Below are positions 45,925 to 57,633 of a stretch of DNA of 64,000 nucleotides, one piece after another. The stretch covers positions 1-64,000 of the forward strand of contig CBFFSA010000004.1 in NCBI GenBank assembly GCA_965644495.1, in the 5' to 3' direction. The notes under the pieces were generated by a model. It was not told where the DNA came from. It saw only the letters and a list, made by a program, of their open reading frames with translations, and ran no database searches. Source of the stretch: Perkinsela sp. CCAP 1560/9 (taxonomy: Eukaryota; Protista; Euglenozoa: Kinetoplastea). Every line of letters starts with the position of its first letter. The first letter of the stretch is position 1. The translations under genes and the position numbers were made by a program.

Positions 45925-46172
45925 CAGACACACCCTCAGGGAACCAGCTCCCTTATCCGGCCTACACCGCTTGGGTAAGCCGTATTGACGTACAATTCAC
46001 CGACACAGCGTGTTGGTAACATCGTGTTGTAAGGGCGCATTGGGCATGCACCAAATTGGAAGAGGTTGTCCGTCTCGGTTATCAGTCTGTGAAGAGTATG
46101 GTCTTGCTTTTTTTCCGTTTTTCGAAAACTGACATGCACGTTATTCTAAAAATTTATGATCATTACTATTGA

Positions 46173-46901
46173 GTGATATTCTATAGACGCTCTTTGTTTT
46201 CTTATCCCATGACTTCTAACGACACTCCAAGAAAGGCGGAAAAGGGGGCGACACGTAAGTCTTCTAGAGGAGGTATAGAAACCCCCACCGATAACGGAAA
46301 TATTTCACAAGAATCACCATCTCAGGCCCGTCAACGTAGATCGCAGACCATTAGAAATTTGGAAGATAAAATTGCTGCTGCTCCGTCGCAGGCTGCCTTT
46401 GGTAATGCATCAGGGGGAACTCTTATTCATCACGTGTGCCCTGGTACGAAACGATTTGGGAATATCCAAGTTCCGCTGAAGTACACAGAATTGGCGAAAC
46501 ATTTTGAATATCAAATGTGTATCTTTGATAATAGTCAGGGCTATCCATCTAGGATATGTTCGCAGGAGTTCGCGAAACGCAAAGATCCGCAATCATTCCT
46601 TCAGGACGACGGCAATCAAAGGTGCCATATAAGTTTTAATTGCGACACAATATTTCATGGTCGATGTAAGCAACCGTACTACATCCATAAGAATGTGACA
46701 TGCAAGGTGCTGCATCCCAAAGGGGGAAGTAGCCAGGCGGAATTGTCACCCACAAATGACATTAAGAACGTAGAGGTTTTCATTAACAGGCATCTTCCCT
46801 GTATAGCGGCTTTGGCGAATATTTCAACTGCGAGATTCCTGGCTCATACACGGAGTTGTACAAGCTACTTCGTCCGGAAGCTACTCCCCATGAGATACTG
46901 A
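46173..46901 (+). CDS. Orphan Cys/His-rich ORF, possibly a transposon remnant
   Basis: 242-aa ORF opposite to the host gene strand. No recognised domain. Confidence 0.35.
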   Translation: MIFYRRSLFSYPMTSNDTPRKAEKGATRKSSRGGIETPTDNGNISQESPSQARQRRSQTIRNLEDKIAAAPSQAAFGNASGGTLIHHVCPGTKRFGNIQVPLKYTELAKHFEYQMCIFDNSQGYPSRICSQEFAKRKDPQSFLQDDGNQRCHISFNCDTIFHGRCKQPYYIHKNVTCKVLHPKGGSSQAELSPTNDIKNVEVFINRHLPCIAALANISTARFLAHTRSCTSYFVRKLLPMRY

Positions 46902-47239
46902 AAACTGTCTGCCAAGCGCGAAGACATTCCATTGATGCGAAAACGGATGCCACCCGTTGGGCAACCGACAGATTCGAAAGTTTTTCTTGGATCGAAGTGC
47001 GATGTCCGGTGAGGTAACGTTTACTTGCCTTCTCAACGTTTTATCTCTGGAGGCTGCCATCGTCGGGCGACTGAAAGCCTGTTGTTTCAATAACATTGTT
47101 TCGCATATCGTTAAGCGCATCATTTTCCTTATCGTGAACATGACCATAGGGAACAAAAAAATTCAAAAGTCGCACGAAAAAACCGAAATTAATTCATTGT
47201 TAACAATAATCGAATGTTAACAATAAATGAATTCCGATT

Positions 47240-48442
47240 ATTGCGGTGGTTGTAAAACTACCGCTCTACACTCGATTATTGAAAAAAAAGTGAACAAAAA
47301 CAGTGAAAACATAAAGAGAAACACAGTAAACCATGTTCCAGGATAGTATACCTAGTAGGTATACTAAGTGGGTACGGTATCCTAATTTTTGTCTAAAAAG
47401 CAAAAAAAATATTTTTGCGCCGCTTCGCGGCGCGTTCCTTATCTGTAATTGCTAGAAAAATGGTGTTTTGACCTTAAAATACGATTTCTTACCGTCTGAT
47501 TGCTAGAAAAGTTGCTCTGTCGCTTCTAAAAAAGGGACTTCGCCCGCTCGTGTTGCTGGGAGGGGGGGGGTAGGTATACTAAGTGGGCATGGGTATACTA
47601 TCCTGGAACATGGTTTAATATAATAGAAGAAAAAAATATAAAAGGGGGCTCCGGTGGTCCAAAATTGAAAAACAAAATTGAAAAAAATGGGGGGTCTAGG
47701 GGGGGTCCATGGGGGGATCCATGGGGGGGTCTAGGGGGGGCCATACCGCAAGAAATTTATTTTCAAAAGAATATTTTTCGAAAAAAACCCACAGAAGCGG
47801 TAGCCGGGGTCTTGGCACGCATTTTCCACCCCCCTACCCGGGGGTGACCCCCCCGCGTATCCGCAGGACGGGTCCGCCAAGTTCGGATTTTTTCGGAAAA
47901 TGTTTTTTGAAAAAAAATTCAACTTGGCGAACAAAATGGAAAGAAAAATATTTTTTCAACATTTTTTTCCCTATTGTATTTAGAGAGTTTGGGACCTATA
48001 CTACTAGCCTTCTGCACCGCAGGTTTCGGCAGATACACCTTCTTCTAGCCGTGGCACGCCTCCCAATATGGCCCATTTTTGACCAAAAAGTGCGGAAAAG
48101 TAATTTTCGTACTTAAAGGGGTCTTTTTATGTCGAAAGAATGGTATGGTTGGAGTCGCATTCTCTACCCAATACGTTCGGTAGGCTTTCATTCACGCCTA
48201 CGAGTGATTTCTCACACGCAAATATCAGATTTAGTGCTCTGAGAGCAAAAATACGCGAAAATCACCCCATTTTTACCCGAAATTCGGCTATTTTCGGCTA
48301 TAATATTTCAATTTTCTTCAGCTTTCCAGGCTTAATTTTCTTTTTTAGGCTCTTCGTTAAACGCGGTGGCAGTTTTCAACGCGAAGCGCGCAGCACGAGT
48401 GACTTCTAAGTTGAAAACAACCACCGCGTTTAACGAAGAGGC
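47240..48442 (-). repeat. R1 copy interrupted by a MITE
   Basis: Both R1 ends present. Confidence 0.9.
47329..47615. mobile_element. Tc1/mariner-type MITE inserted in R1
   Basis: TIR AACCATGTTCCAGGATAGTATACC. TA is duplicated relative to the uninterrupted ACACAGTAATATAATAG in other R1 copies. Half copy at ~11935-11998. Confidence 0.93.
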
Positions 48443-48525
48443 AAAAAAAAATATTGATTGTTAACAATAATCGAAAGTTAACAATAAACGATCCCCCATT
48501 TAAATAAAATTGACTTATTATCATT

Positions 48526-49365
48526 GGAGAGTATGCAGTAGGTCTGTGTAAGTTCGTGTTGGTCCGTGGCGAGCTGTGTAGGTACGTGTAGGTTCGTGGT
48601 AATCCGTGTAGATTCGTGTAGGTTTGTGTAGTTTTTTTTTGACATTTTTTGTGAAGGTTCAATGGGTCGGCCGCTAGGATGATTGCATGTAGGTAAAGTA
48701 GAACGAATTAGTTAAAACACGTCACTTGAATAAAAAGTTGAATAACAGCTGAAAGAATAACAACTGAAGGAATAAACCCGCTTAGGCACAATACTAAGAA
48801 TCCTTGTGATGGTAATAGTCGTTTTATTTAGCACGACTCACTCTTTACCTTATTTGGTGCCACTTATCTTTACTTCTTTATTAAAACTCTTTTACTATCT
48901 TAAACCTCTTTTTAGCTTTACATGCTTAAAACATCACGCACTTCGCGAGAAGCGACGTTCTTTTTTCGCTTTTTTGAAGATTCTACCTTATGTGAACCTT
49001 CTTCATCTTCAACTTCAATATGTTGTGGGCCACGTTTTACGTGAACCAAACGTGGTTCGTCTTCTTTATCCCGTAAAACTTTCAGTTCCTTGAGAATAGA
49101 AAACAAATCTTCAGGAGAAAGAGTCTCATCCTGAAGATCAGAACTGGCACGATGTACCTGATTTCGACGAATAAAAATCCTTCCTTCGTGACTAGGCGGT
49201 TCTCTATCGCAGAAACCAGGTCGTTGCGTTTTTCTTTTACGCTATGTATAAAACTAGAAATCAGAAAAAAGTGGTTCTGTGTAAGTCTGTGTGAATTCGT
49301 GTAGGTCCGTGTAGGTTCGTGTAGGTTTTTTTTGAACCCCAACCTAGCCCATCTGCAGACTCTCC
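48526..49365. mobile_element. Non-autonomous element with 9-bp TSD (Mutator- or Merlin-like)
   Basis: TIR GGAGAGTATGCAG/CTGCAGACTCTCC, TSD ATTATCATT, subterminal GTGTAGGTTC repeats. Confidence 0.85.
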
Positions 49366-49719
49366 ATTATCATTTATCAAGATAAATAGGAACCGAAAAC
49401 AGCATTCGGGCGAAAATACCCGATTTCTAGGCGAAAAAGTCAACTTTTTACCCCAGATTTTGGCCATTTTCAGCATTCGAATTGAAAAGTTTGTGACTTC
49501 GCTGTTCTAGAGAACAAAATATGTAGCTACAAGGGAAAAATTATTAGCGAAAAATTATTTAGCGATAATAATTTTTGGCTTGGGTGTAGCTTGAAACAAT
49601 TCAATGCTGACGCGCGCGACCCCTTCCCTCACAGCCTTCATCTCTGCTTCAATCTTCCCTTGCACGTTTCTGTCCAAAGTTCTGCAGGAGTCAATGTTTA
49701 TCGAACATCCAAGGAGGTA

Positions 49720-50620
49720 CTGTGCCCCCCCACTTATTTGTCGTAGTCCCACCCCCCCACTTAATTGTCCTTTTTGACGAGACTGAGCAGAAGCTGCGCC
49801 GGATTTTTTTTTTGGGGGCGGGCAATTTTTCCCTACGAACCTCATACATACAGTGTATCAGAACCCGACGTCTGAAGTAGTATTGTTTGTATTTATAAAC
49901 TGTCTACTTCAAGTTTTTCATATCACAATACGCTATACCTAGCTACATTTTTTTTCTTTGAAACTTAGTCCACCTCTTCCACAGAGTTTTGACGCGTCTG
50001 TGGCAGTATAAAGAGTTAGTCCTGTTGTGCGCGGTTCGCTGGCTTGGTTCCAGGTTCGGTCTATGGCCAATCGGAAAATATCTGATTTTCCAGTGTTCCA
50101 TTGCAAGAGAAGTACGCTAGATAATCTTGAATTCCAATTATGGGCATGCGCCTGACTTGTACATTCGGAGAGGAGTTCCATAGCATAATCAACTTCATAC
50201 AGCGGTTTGCGTACGATTCTGAGCATCCAAAGGAGCCGTGCAATTCAGCTTACTGCCGTACGAACAGTAAAGTCATCATAAGTAGACTTTGGTGTCACCC
50301 ACGATGAGACCGTTTCACTACGAACTCGCCAAAAAAGAATGTGCTTCTTCCATTCGTATTCCCAAAAAATTGGCCTTCAGACTTTCGCAGAATGGTTTTG
50401 GTTCTTTCCAGTACGCCTGTAAAATTTTGGAATCCTCCCTGCGAACAACCGTTCCCTACCACCACCACTCCCTTCTTCCCTCACTGCGAACAGTCATTTC
50501 CCACCACCATCCCGGTCGTCTCGCCCATGCCGCCTTGATGCTTGGGTTACAATATGGCCTCCTGCCCCACGAGTCGGTGCTCTATCAAACCCCATACCTT
50601 ATAGCGGTTTGACAAAAGAA

Positions 50621-50654
<34 letters not shown>

Positions 50655-50841
50655 TAAACTTTACTAGTACGGGAAAGGTAGAAAAACTACTCATACGATA
50701 AAGATACCGTTTCTGTAAAGCCAATTTTATCCGAACGCTTTGGAGATTCCTTTGTTTCATCTAACCAAATAAATTGACCCCCCCACTTAATTGTCCTTTT
50801 TTTGAAAAAGTGGTAACAAATAAGTAGGGGGGGGGGCACAG
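49720..50841. mobile_element. TA-flanked TIR element containing a possible retroelement 3' end with (CTA)n tail
   Basis: TIR CTGTGCCCCCCC..ACTTATTTG. (CTA)n at ~50621-50654. Confidence 0.8.
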
Positions 50842-51169
50842 TACGTGAAAGCCAAAACGTATGGTGGTGAAAGTGTAGTGAGTATAGTGACTCACTACAC
50901 ATGTAATGAGGTCAATACAAGTCACCTCCAGGGTATGTAAATAGGGGGGTTGTAATAAAGAATTGTAAAAATGTAAAACGTTTAGTCCTCAGTGAAAAGT
51001 GTGAAGAGCGCGAAATGTGCAATAATTCTGAAACCTTTCCCCTTCTACTAGTGCTGTGGTTATCCAAGAAAACAAAAGAAAATGGACAAAAAAAGAAAGG
51101 ATGTTACTTTAAAAAAAGAAAATTATAAACGGGAGGGGAAGTGCAACTTTGTAGATGATAGCACATGCA

Positions 51170-51907
51170 TTAGGTACTCGTGCGCAGACTGCTATACTTT
51201 ATCGTTATCTTCGTGGCCTGAATATTACAGGATAGGGACGAAGATGGTTTAAGCAGCTCCCCCGAAAGCTCAAGATTGTTGTGCAAATGCAACACCGTCA
51301 GCCAATGTGGAAGCAGGGCCAGATTCACCCACCCGGATAAGTGATTATCGGAGAGGTAAAGTTCTTCCAGAAAGCACGGAAGGAAACGTAGCTCAGGAGC
51401 CCCAGAAAATTTGTTGAGTCCGAGGTTCAGTACTACCATCCGTGAGGGTAGTTTAGAAAACGACAGCTCACCTGAGAAACGATTGTTTCGAAGGGTTAGA
51501 ATCCGCAAGTTTGGAGGAAGAGAAGAAAACTGCGGTGTCCCAGAAAATCGATTATTCGTCAGATCGAGTTCCTCTAAATTAGTGGGTAGTTTCTCGCACA
51601 CAAGCTCACCTTGTAAGTGATTGTGAGAGACAACAAACTTGCGGGTCGAGTGCGGAAGTCCAGACCACTCAAGAGTTCCGGATAGCGAACTGGTGGGTAT
51701 ATTATATTCACTCCACTGAAAAGAGGTAACGTCTTTTTGCGCATTGCACCGCACACCGTGCCAATCACAAGCTTTTGTTGCGGTTGTCCAAGATTCGTGC
51801 CTTTTTGTTATATTTTGGACCAGTCGTGTGAGATGGTATTCCTGGGGCAATGCAATCCCTCGAGTCTTACCGAGGCGGGCGGGTGTGTAATTGCTTTCGT
51901 CTGACAT
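51170..51907 (-). CDS. LRR protein
   Basis: RLGKTRGIALPQEYHL, ACDWHGVRC cap, six LRRs. Confidence 0.9.
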   Translation of the reverse strand: MSDESNYTPARLGKTRGIALPQEYHLTRLVQNITKRHESWTTATKACDWHGVRCNAQKDVTSFQWSEYNIPTSSLSGTLEWSGLPHSTRKFVVSHNHLQGELVCEKLPTNLEELDLTNNRFSGTPQFSSLPPNLRILTLRNNRFSGELSFSKLPSRMVVLNLGLNKFSGAPELRFLPCFLEELYLSDNHLSGWVNLALLPHWLTVLHLHNNLELSGELLKPSSSLSCNIQATKITIKYSSLRTST

Positions 51908-52471
51908 GAAAAAGTAATTCGTACCAAATGAAAGAGACAAATGAGGGAACCCGAGCTAATGACGTGGAGACAAAAGAGAAAAAGGCGTGTTCAAGAGACT
52001 TGTGCTAAAGGGACACAGAGAAAACCAGATTCATACAGGGGTTTCAGTTGATCTTGCCCCCCTGAGAAAATTTCGTTTTTTTGTCCTTTTTAAACCACAG
52101 AACAGTTTAACGATCCGGGGGAGGATAGTGAGGTGAAGAGAATCAGAAGGAGTCATTATTTCCGTACACTTTTTATCATAAACAATGAAATGATCTAAGT
52201 TCCTAAAACTAGACTCGCCGTGCCATCCTGTGCCATTTCGTGCCATCCGCAGAGAGAGTAAATTTGCAGGCTTCATTACCGGTTGCAAATTATAAAATAT
52301 TCATTACTGGTATTATTTCTCCGATGGTATTTTCATCGGCTCAAAAAAGGTGCACAACTTCAACCATTCAGCCACCACCGGTCGTATTTCGCCCTAATGA
52401 GTCCTTGAACAGACTTAAAATTAGTTCCCGCGTCCAAGTATGACCGTTAAAGTCTACGCCAATGGACACAA

Positions 52472-53182
52472 TTACGGAATTACTTTCCTCACAAGGTCCA
52501 TTACATTTCCTTCCGGAACTTCAAATGCTTTCTCCTTGAATGCACTGTCTTTAATGTACAGAGACGGGTTACTGCCCAAACCCAGACGACTCATTACTTT
52601 GGGGAGAGAACTCAAGCTCACATGACCACAAAACTGATTGTTATTTAGAAAAAGTGAATTCATTGCGGAGGGAAGGTTAGTTAGATCCAACGGCCCACTG
52701 AATCGATTTCTTGCTAAGTTAAGCCAAGAAAGGGTTTGAGGTAACTTAGTGAGACAGATCTCTCCGGAAAAATTGTTGCAACGCAAGACCATATAGGCTA
52801 TAGTATCTGGAAGCGCAGTGAAATCAGCTTTGCTATGAAAAAAATTACCATCCATGTAGAGATGAAGAAGTTTAGGTGGCAGGTCTGTAAAAGGCACCTT
52901 ACCTTCAAGTCTATTGACATTGAGAATAAAAGTATTCAGAGTATGAGGAAGAAATTCCCACTGAAGAGTCCCTGAAAGGAGGAATTGATACCACTTGATT
53001 TCAATAACACGGCCTTCCTCATCGCATGAGATTCCACTCCACTTACAAGCTGGAATCTCCGTACCCCATGAGGGCTGATAACGGTTCACGATGACGTTTT
53101 CAATGAGATGCACAAGTTGATATTCTGGAGGCGGCAAATTCCCTCGCACCTTCGCAGCCTTCAGTGGAATGCTCGTGTTCAT
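52472..53182 (-). CDS. LRR protein, subfamily A
   Basis: Intact 236-aa ORF. Confidence 0.9.
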   Translation of the reverse strand: MNTSIPLKAAKVRGNLPPPEYQLVHLIENVIVNRYQPSWGTEIPACKWSGISCDEEGRVIEIKWYQFLLSGTLQWEFLPHTLNTFILNVNRLEGKVPFTDLPPKLLHLYMDGNFFHSKADFTALPDTIAYMVLRCNNFSGEICLTKLPQTLSWLNLARNRFSGPLDLTNLPSAMNSLFLNNNQFCGHVSLSSLPKVMSRLGLGSNPSLYIKDSAFKEKAFEVPEGNVMDLVRKVIP

Positions 53183-53559
53183 TCTTTCTTGAATACGTGG
53201 TTGTAGAAAATAAGGTGAAACTTTGATATTAATGTAAAGGATGAAGGAATAGCTACAGGAATGTTATCGATTCAAGATTCTCTTGGGTAAGACGTACAAT
53301 CCGGCGACGCAACGTGTTGGTAACTGCACGTTGGTGCCGCCTTGGACAAACGGAAAATGGTAGAGGACATCGGTCTCCGAACCTCCAAATCTGTCTGTGA
53401 AAGGTCTGGATTGTCCGTGACTTAAGAATTGTTTAGGGGGGATATTAAAAAATACGTGGGACATCATAACACCCCCCTCCCAGAATGTTATCAGGCTACA
53501 GGAATGTGAAACCAGACCATGTTGTGTACAAATGTACAACATTTCTCTTACATTTTTAT

Positions 53560-54635
53560 TCAGGGTTCGCAGAAACTATAATATAGTAAAATATAGTTTT
53601 TTTCATTGAATATAGTTACTATATAGTACTATATTTACTATATTTTACTATAAAACTATAAGAAAACTATAAAGTTTTTTTCACTTTACAAGTGATATTT
53701 TTTGAGTCCTCTCCGCTTGTGAAGGACATACACACGCCTCTACATGCGTTCTTACACGCTTACATACGTATGATATGACAAGAAATTCTGAAAAAAATGT
53801 AACCCAAGCTAAAGTGGACGAGGGAGGTTCTAAAAGCACCTTTAAACCACCATAAAAATGGAAGGGTATGTCCCTTAAAGATTCTTTTGGCACGTCGGAA
53901 TCCTTTACAAACCGGGAGATATCATTCTATTTTTGTGGTGGTTTAAAGGTGCTTTTAGAACCTCCCTCGTCCACTTTATCCTGGGTTACATAGCTATCGA
54001 AACATGCTCCCTCTTCCCCGCGATTCCATCACCGCCGAAAAATATCATCAACTTGTGTGTCATCTCCTCGGAAATAGCAATGAAACGCATGCGAAAGGAA
54101 TGACGATAGGAAGTACAAACTCTCCACTCGACAACACACCGCGTAATTTATTCAGACTCATATGATTGTATTTATTCAAACTCATAGAATTGTGAGCAGC
54201 AGTTATTCAGTCCCAAGACATAACGTCGGTGGCTCCAGCCAACGCGCGGCGACAGCGATGCAGTGAGAAGATGTTCGGGACGCAAGATTCGCACAAGGCA
54301 ATCTGTCAAGGCCACGCGATGGGACTGGGGTACGTCCCCTCCTGACACAAGTTACATTCAACCGCTTGTTTACTTCCCTCCGTGTGCAGCAGTTCAATAA
54401 AATAATCTTTGCAGAAACTACCCCTCGTAACTTTAATTTCGGGCATCAATTTTCGGGTTTAAAAATAAGAAAAATCGTACACAAATGAATTCGCCGTGTA
54501 TTTATGGCGTGTTGGTGAGCTTCGGAGTGCCTAAAATGTGAAACAAAAAAATATAGTTTTTTATAGTTTTCGAAAAAAGTTTATAGTAACTATATAGTAC
54601 TATATTGATAGTTTTATAGTTTCTGCGAACCCTGG
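53560..54635. mobile_element. hAT-like element with 8-bp TSD and nested foldback MITE
   Basis: TIR CAGGGTTCGCAGAAACTATA, TSD ATTTTTAT. Confidence 0.8.
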
Positions 54636-54944
54636 ATTTTTATATATAGTATTTGAAAAATTATAATACTATATAGTACTATAATTATAGATTTTGTAGA
54701 TTTTCAGACCCCTGCAATTTTCCGGACTCTTAAGTGGGGCGGGGGTCGTACAGCCGAACGATAGAAGCAGCGTGTGAAATAATTGGAATCCCCAAGCTGA
54801 CATGTAAAAATGTCGCCCAAAATAAAATCACTTGGTCTGATGCAAAAGAGAGCTATAGGGTGGATGAGAGAGGACAAACAAGAAAGAAGAAAAAGGGGAG
54901 TAGGCATTCAAAATGATGAAACAATATTGCATCCTCCTTCTCTG

Positions 54945-55192
54945 AAGGCGCGCGGAGGACTGGTTGCCCCTCTCGTAGGGACTGCTGGTAAGTGTGTGAC
55001 CTAGCCACGCTGCGTCTCCGACTCCCGTCCTCGGTGAAGCGCCAGCCGTGAATTGCTACGGCAGGCTCGCCCACCGGTCCGTAAGGACCGGGCGTACGCA
55101 TCGGAGTTACATCCGAGCCGTCGGGCCCCTCACGTGGACGGTAGAGGGCCCATAGCCTGTCAAGGCCAAAAGGGTGCAAGAATCATCATCAT
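54945..55192 (+). ncRNA. GC-rich structured RNA-like element with (ATC)n tail (SINE or LINE 3' UTR?)
   Basis: Three hairpins (one with a GUAA GNRA loop) and a pseudoknot at 55117-55151. Confidence 0.5.
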
Positions 55193-55269
55193 AACTAGCT
55201 TGGAAATATAAAAACGCAACTAAACGCAATGGGCAGACAACTAAAAAAATCAAAAAGAAACAAGAATGT

Positions 55270-56220
55270 TCACCCGCTTCAGGAACTCACAAATCTCGCT
55301 AATCATCTTCTTGCTGGCAAGGCACCCGTCGAAGTACAGACATACAGTAGTGTTCAGCCTCTTTTACCCCCCCCCCCCCTACAGGTCTTGCATTTTGTTC
55401 GATTTTGGAAATATTTTGTATGGGACTGTTTTTCGACCCAATCGTTCCGAATCCGAGGTCCTTTTCACTCGTGGACACCTGTATCATACCTAAGCCGAAA
55501 AAAAACTGCAAAAGCCGATTTTTTTCAGAGTACATTTTTTTCAAAATTGGTACACTTGTTGGTGATTCATGACGGAGAAGCACCAGCTCCTGTGCTTACC
55601 TTCCACGAGGCAGGAGTCTCGTGTGCCCCGAGATGCGCACGGCACTCGCGATCGATTGAGAGCGACTTAAGTCCTATAAGACACTCGAAAAATTTCATAA
55701 ACTTAGCCCCGGGTCCATTATTGAAACTTTTCGCTTTTTTTCTGAAGATTAACCGGAAACGTTTAAGAATGCCTTCCGGGACTATAGTAAACGTTTTCTT
55801 TTGGTCAAGGAGACTAAAGTGCATACAAGTGTATGACTAAATACTAGAGATTACTTTGCACTCCTTTTCCACGTCTTCTGACCTACTTTACTACTGTTCC
55901 TCATCCGAAACATTCAAAAAAATAAACCCAAAAAAATTGTAATTAGCTTTTTTCACCCCTACCTGGCTAGGGGGGAGGGAGGTCGAGTGAAAAGGACCTC
56001 GGATTCGGAACGATTAGGTCGAAAAACGGTGGTATACCAAATATTTCCGAAATCGGACAAAATACAAGACCTGTAGGGGGGGGGGTAAAAGACGCTGAAC
56101 ACCACTGTATTTCGCAGGTGCGCGACTATGCGCGCTCAAGAAGGGGGAAAACGACGTTCTCCCTATCGCAGCGGGGGAGACTATTCGTCGTTTAGTGAGC
56201 AAGGCCGCGTGCCGTAGTGT
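55270..56220 (+). pseudogene. CRE-like RT fragment split by a MITE
   Basis: Removing 55345-56109 gives VQTYFAGARLCALKKGENDVLPIAAGETIRRLVSK. Confidence 0.85.
55345..56107. mobile_element. Tc1/pogo-type MITE
   Basis: ~125-bp TIR starting CAGT, TA TSD. Related half at ~38470-38570. Confidence 0.92.
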
Positions 56221-56244
56221 CCGAATGAAAGCAGGGAAATATTT

Positions 56245-57379
56245 TAGGCTCTTCGTTAAACGCGGTGGTTGTTTTCAACTTAGAAGTCACTCATGCTGCG
56301 CGATTCGCGTTGAAAACTACCACCGCGTTTAACGAAGAGCCTAAAAAAGAAAATTTAGCCTGGAAAACGGAAAGATTATAGCCAAAAATAGCCGAATTTC
56401 GGGTAAAATTGGGGTGATTTTCGCGCATTTTGCCCTCAGAGCACTAAATCCGACATTTGCGCGTGGGAAATCACTCGTAGGCATGAATGGAAGACTACCA
56501 AACGTATTGGGTAGAGAATGCGACTCCAACCATACCATTCTTTCGACACAAAAATGCCCCTTTAGGTCCGAAAAATACTTTTTCACCTTTTTTAGTTAAA
56601 AATGGGTCATTTTGAGGGGCGCACCACGGTTCGAAGAAGTGATACCTTGCGAAAACAACTGCGGAGAAAGCTAGTGTAGGTCCCAAACTATCAAAATACA
56701 ATAGGGGAAACGATTTTGGAAAAATATTTTTTTTGCCATTTTTTTCGCCAAGTTGAAATTTTTTTCAATTTTTTTTTCCGAAAAAATCCGAACTTGGCGG
56801 ACCCGTCCTGCGGATACGCGGGGGGGTCACCCCCGGGTATGGGGGTGGAAAATGCGCGCCAAGACCCCGGCTACCCTTTCTGCGGTTTTGTTTTCGAAAA
56901 CTAATTTTTTCGAAGAAATTTGCTCGACCATGACGCCCTCCCTGGACCCCCCAGTTTTTTCAATTTTTTCAGTTTTGGACCACCGGAGCCCCCTTTTATA
57001 TTTTTTTCTTCTATTATAAATTATTTATTACTGTGTTCCCCTTTATATTTTCACTGTTTTTGTTCACGTTTTTTTCAATAATCGAGTGTAGAGCGGTAGT
57101 TTTACAACCACCACAATAATCAAGTGTAGAGCGGTAGTTTTACAACCACCGCAATCCAGGGGGGGGTCCAGGGATTTAGTGCTCTGAGAGCAAAAATACG
57201 CGAAAATCACCCCATTTTTACCCGAAATTCGGCTGTTTTTGGCTATAATCTTTCCGTTTTCCAGGCTAAATTTTCTTTTTTAGGCTCTTCGTTAAACGCG
57301 GTGGTAGTTTTCAACTCGAAGAGCGCAGCATGAGTGACTTCTAAGTTGAAAACAACCACCGCGTTTAACGAAGATCCTA
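56245..57379. repeat. Full R1 copy (56245-57155 +) with duplicated terminus, then an inverted partial R1 (57172-57379 -)
   Basis: A ~38-bp terminal unit occurs twice. 98-bp hairpins lie at both outer ends. Confidence 0.9.
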
Positions 57380-57633
57380 AAAATTATAATAATTAATTAA
57401 TTTACTCACGAGTGCGTTGATTTGCTGCCCAGTCAATCCCACAACTCTGCCTTCCCCGCCGGCTCAACCACTCTCACCACCCGAACCACCGAAACCCTTC
57501 CAACTTCTCCAACCACCCCACTGAGCCAAATATCTCTTACTGGGCGTCAGCCCAAAAAGGGCCAAAATTTTCTTATTGGGGTGCCTCTTACTGGGAGGGG
57601 ATAAACGGGAGAAGAGTTCCTGCTTGCGTCAAA

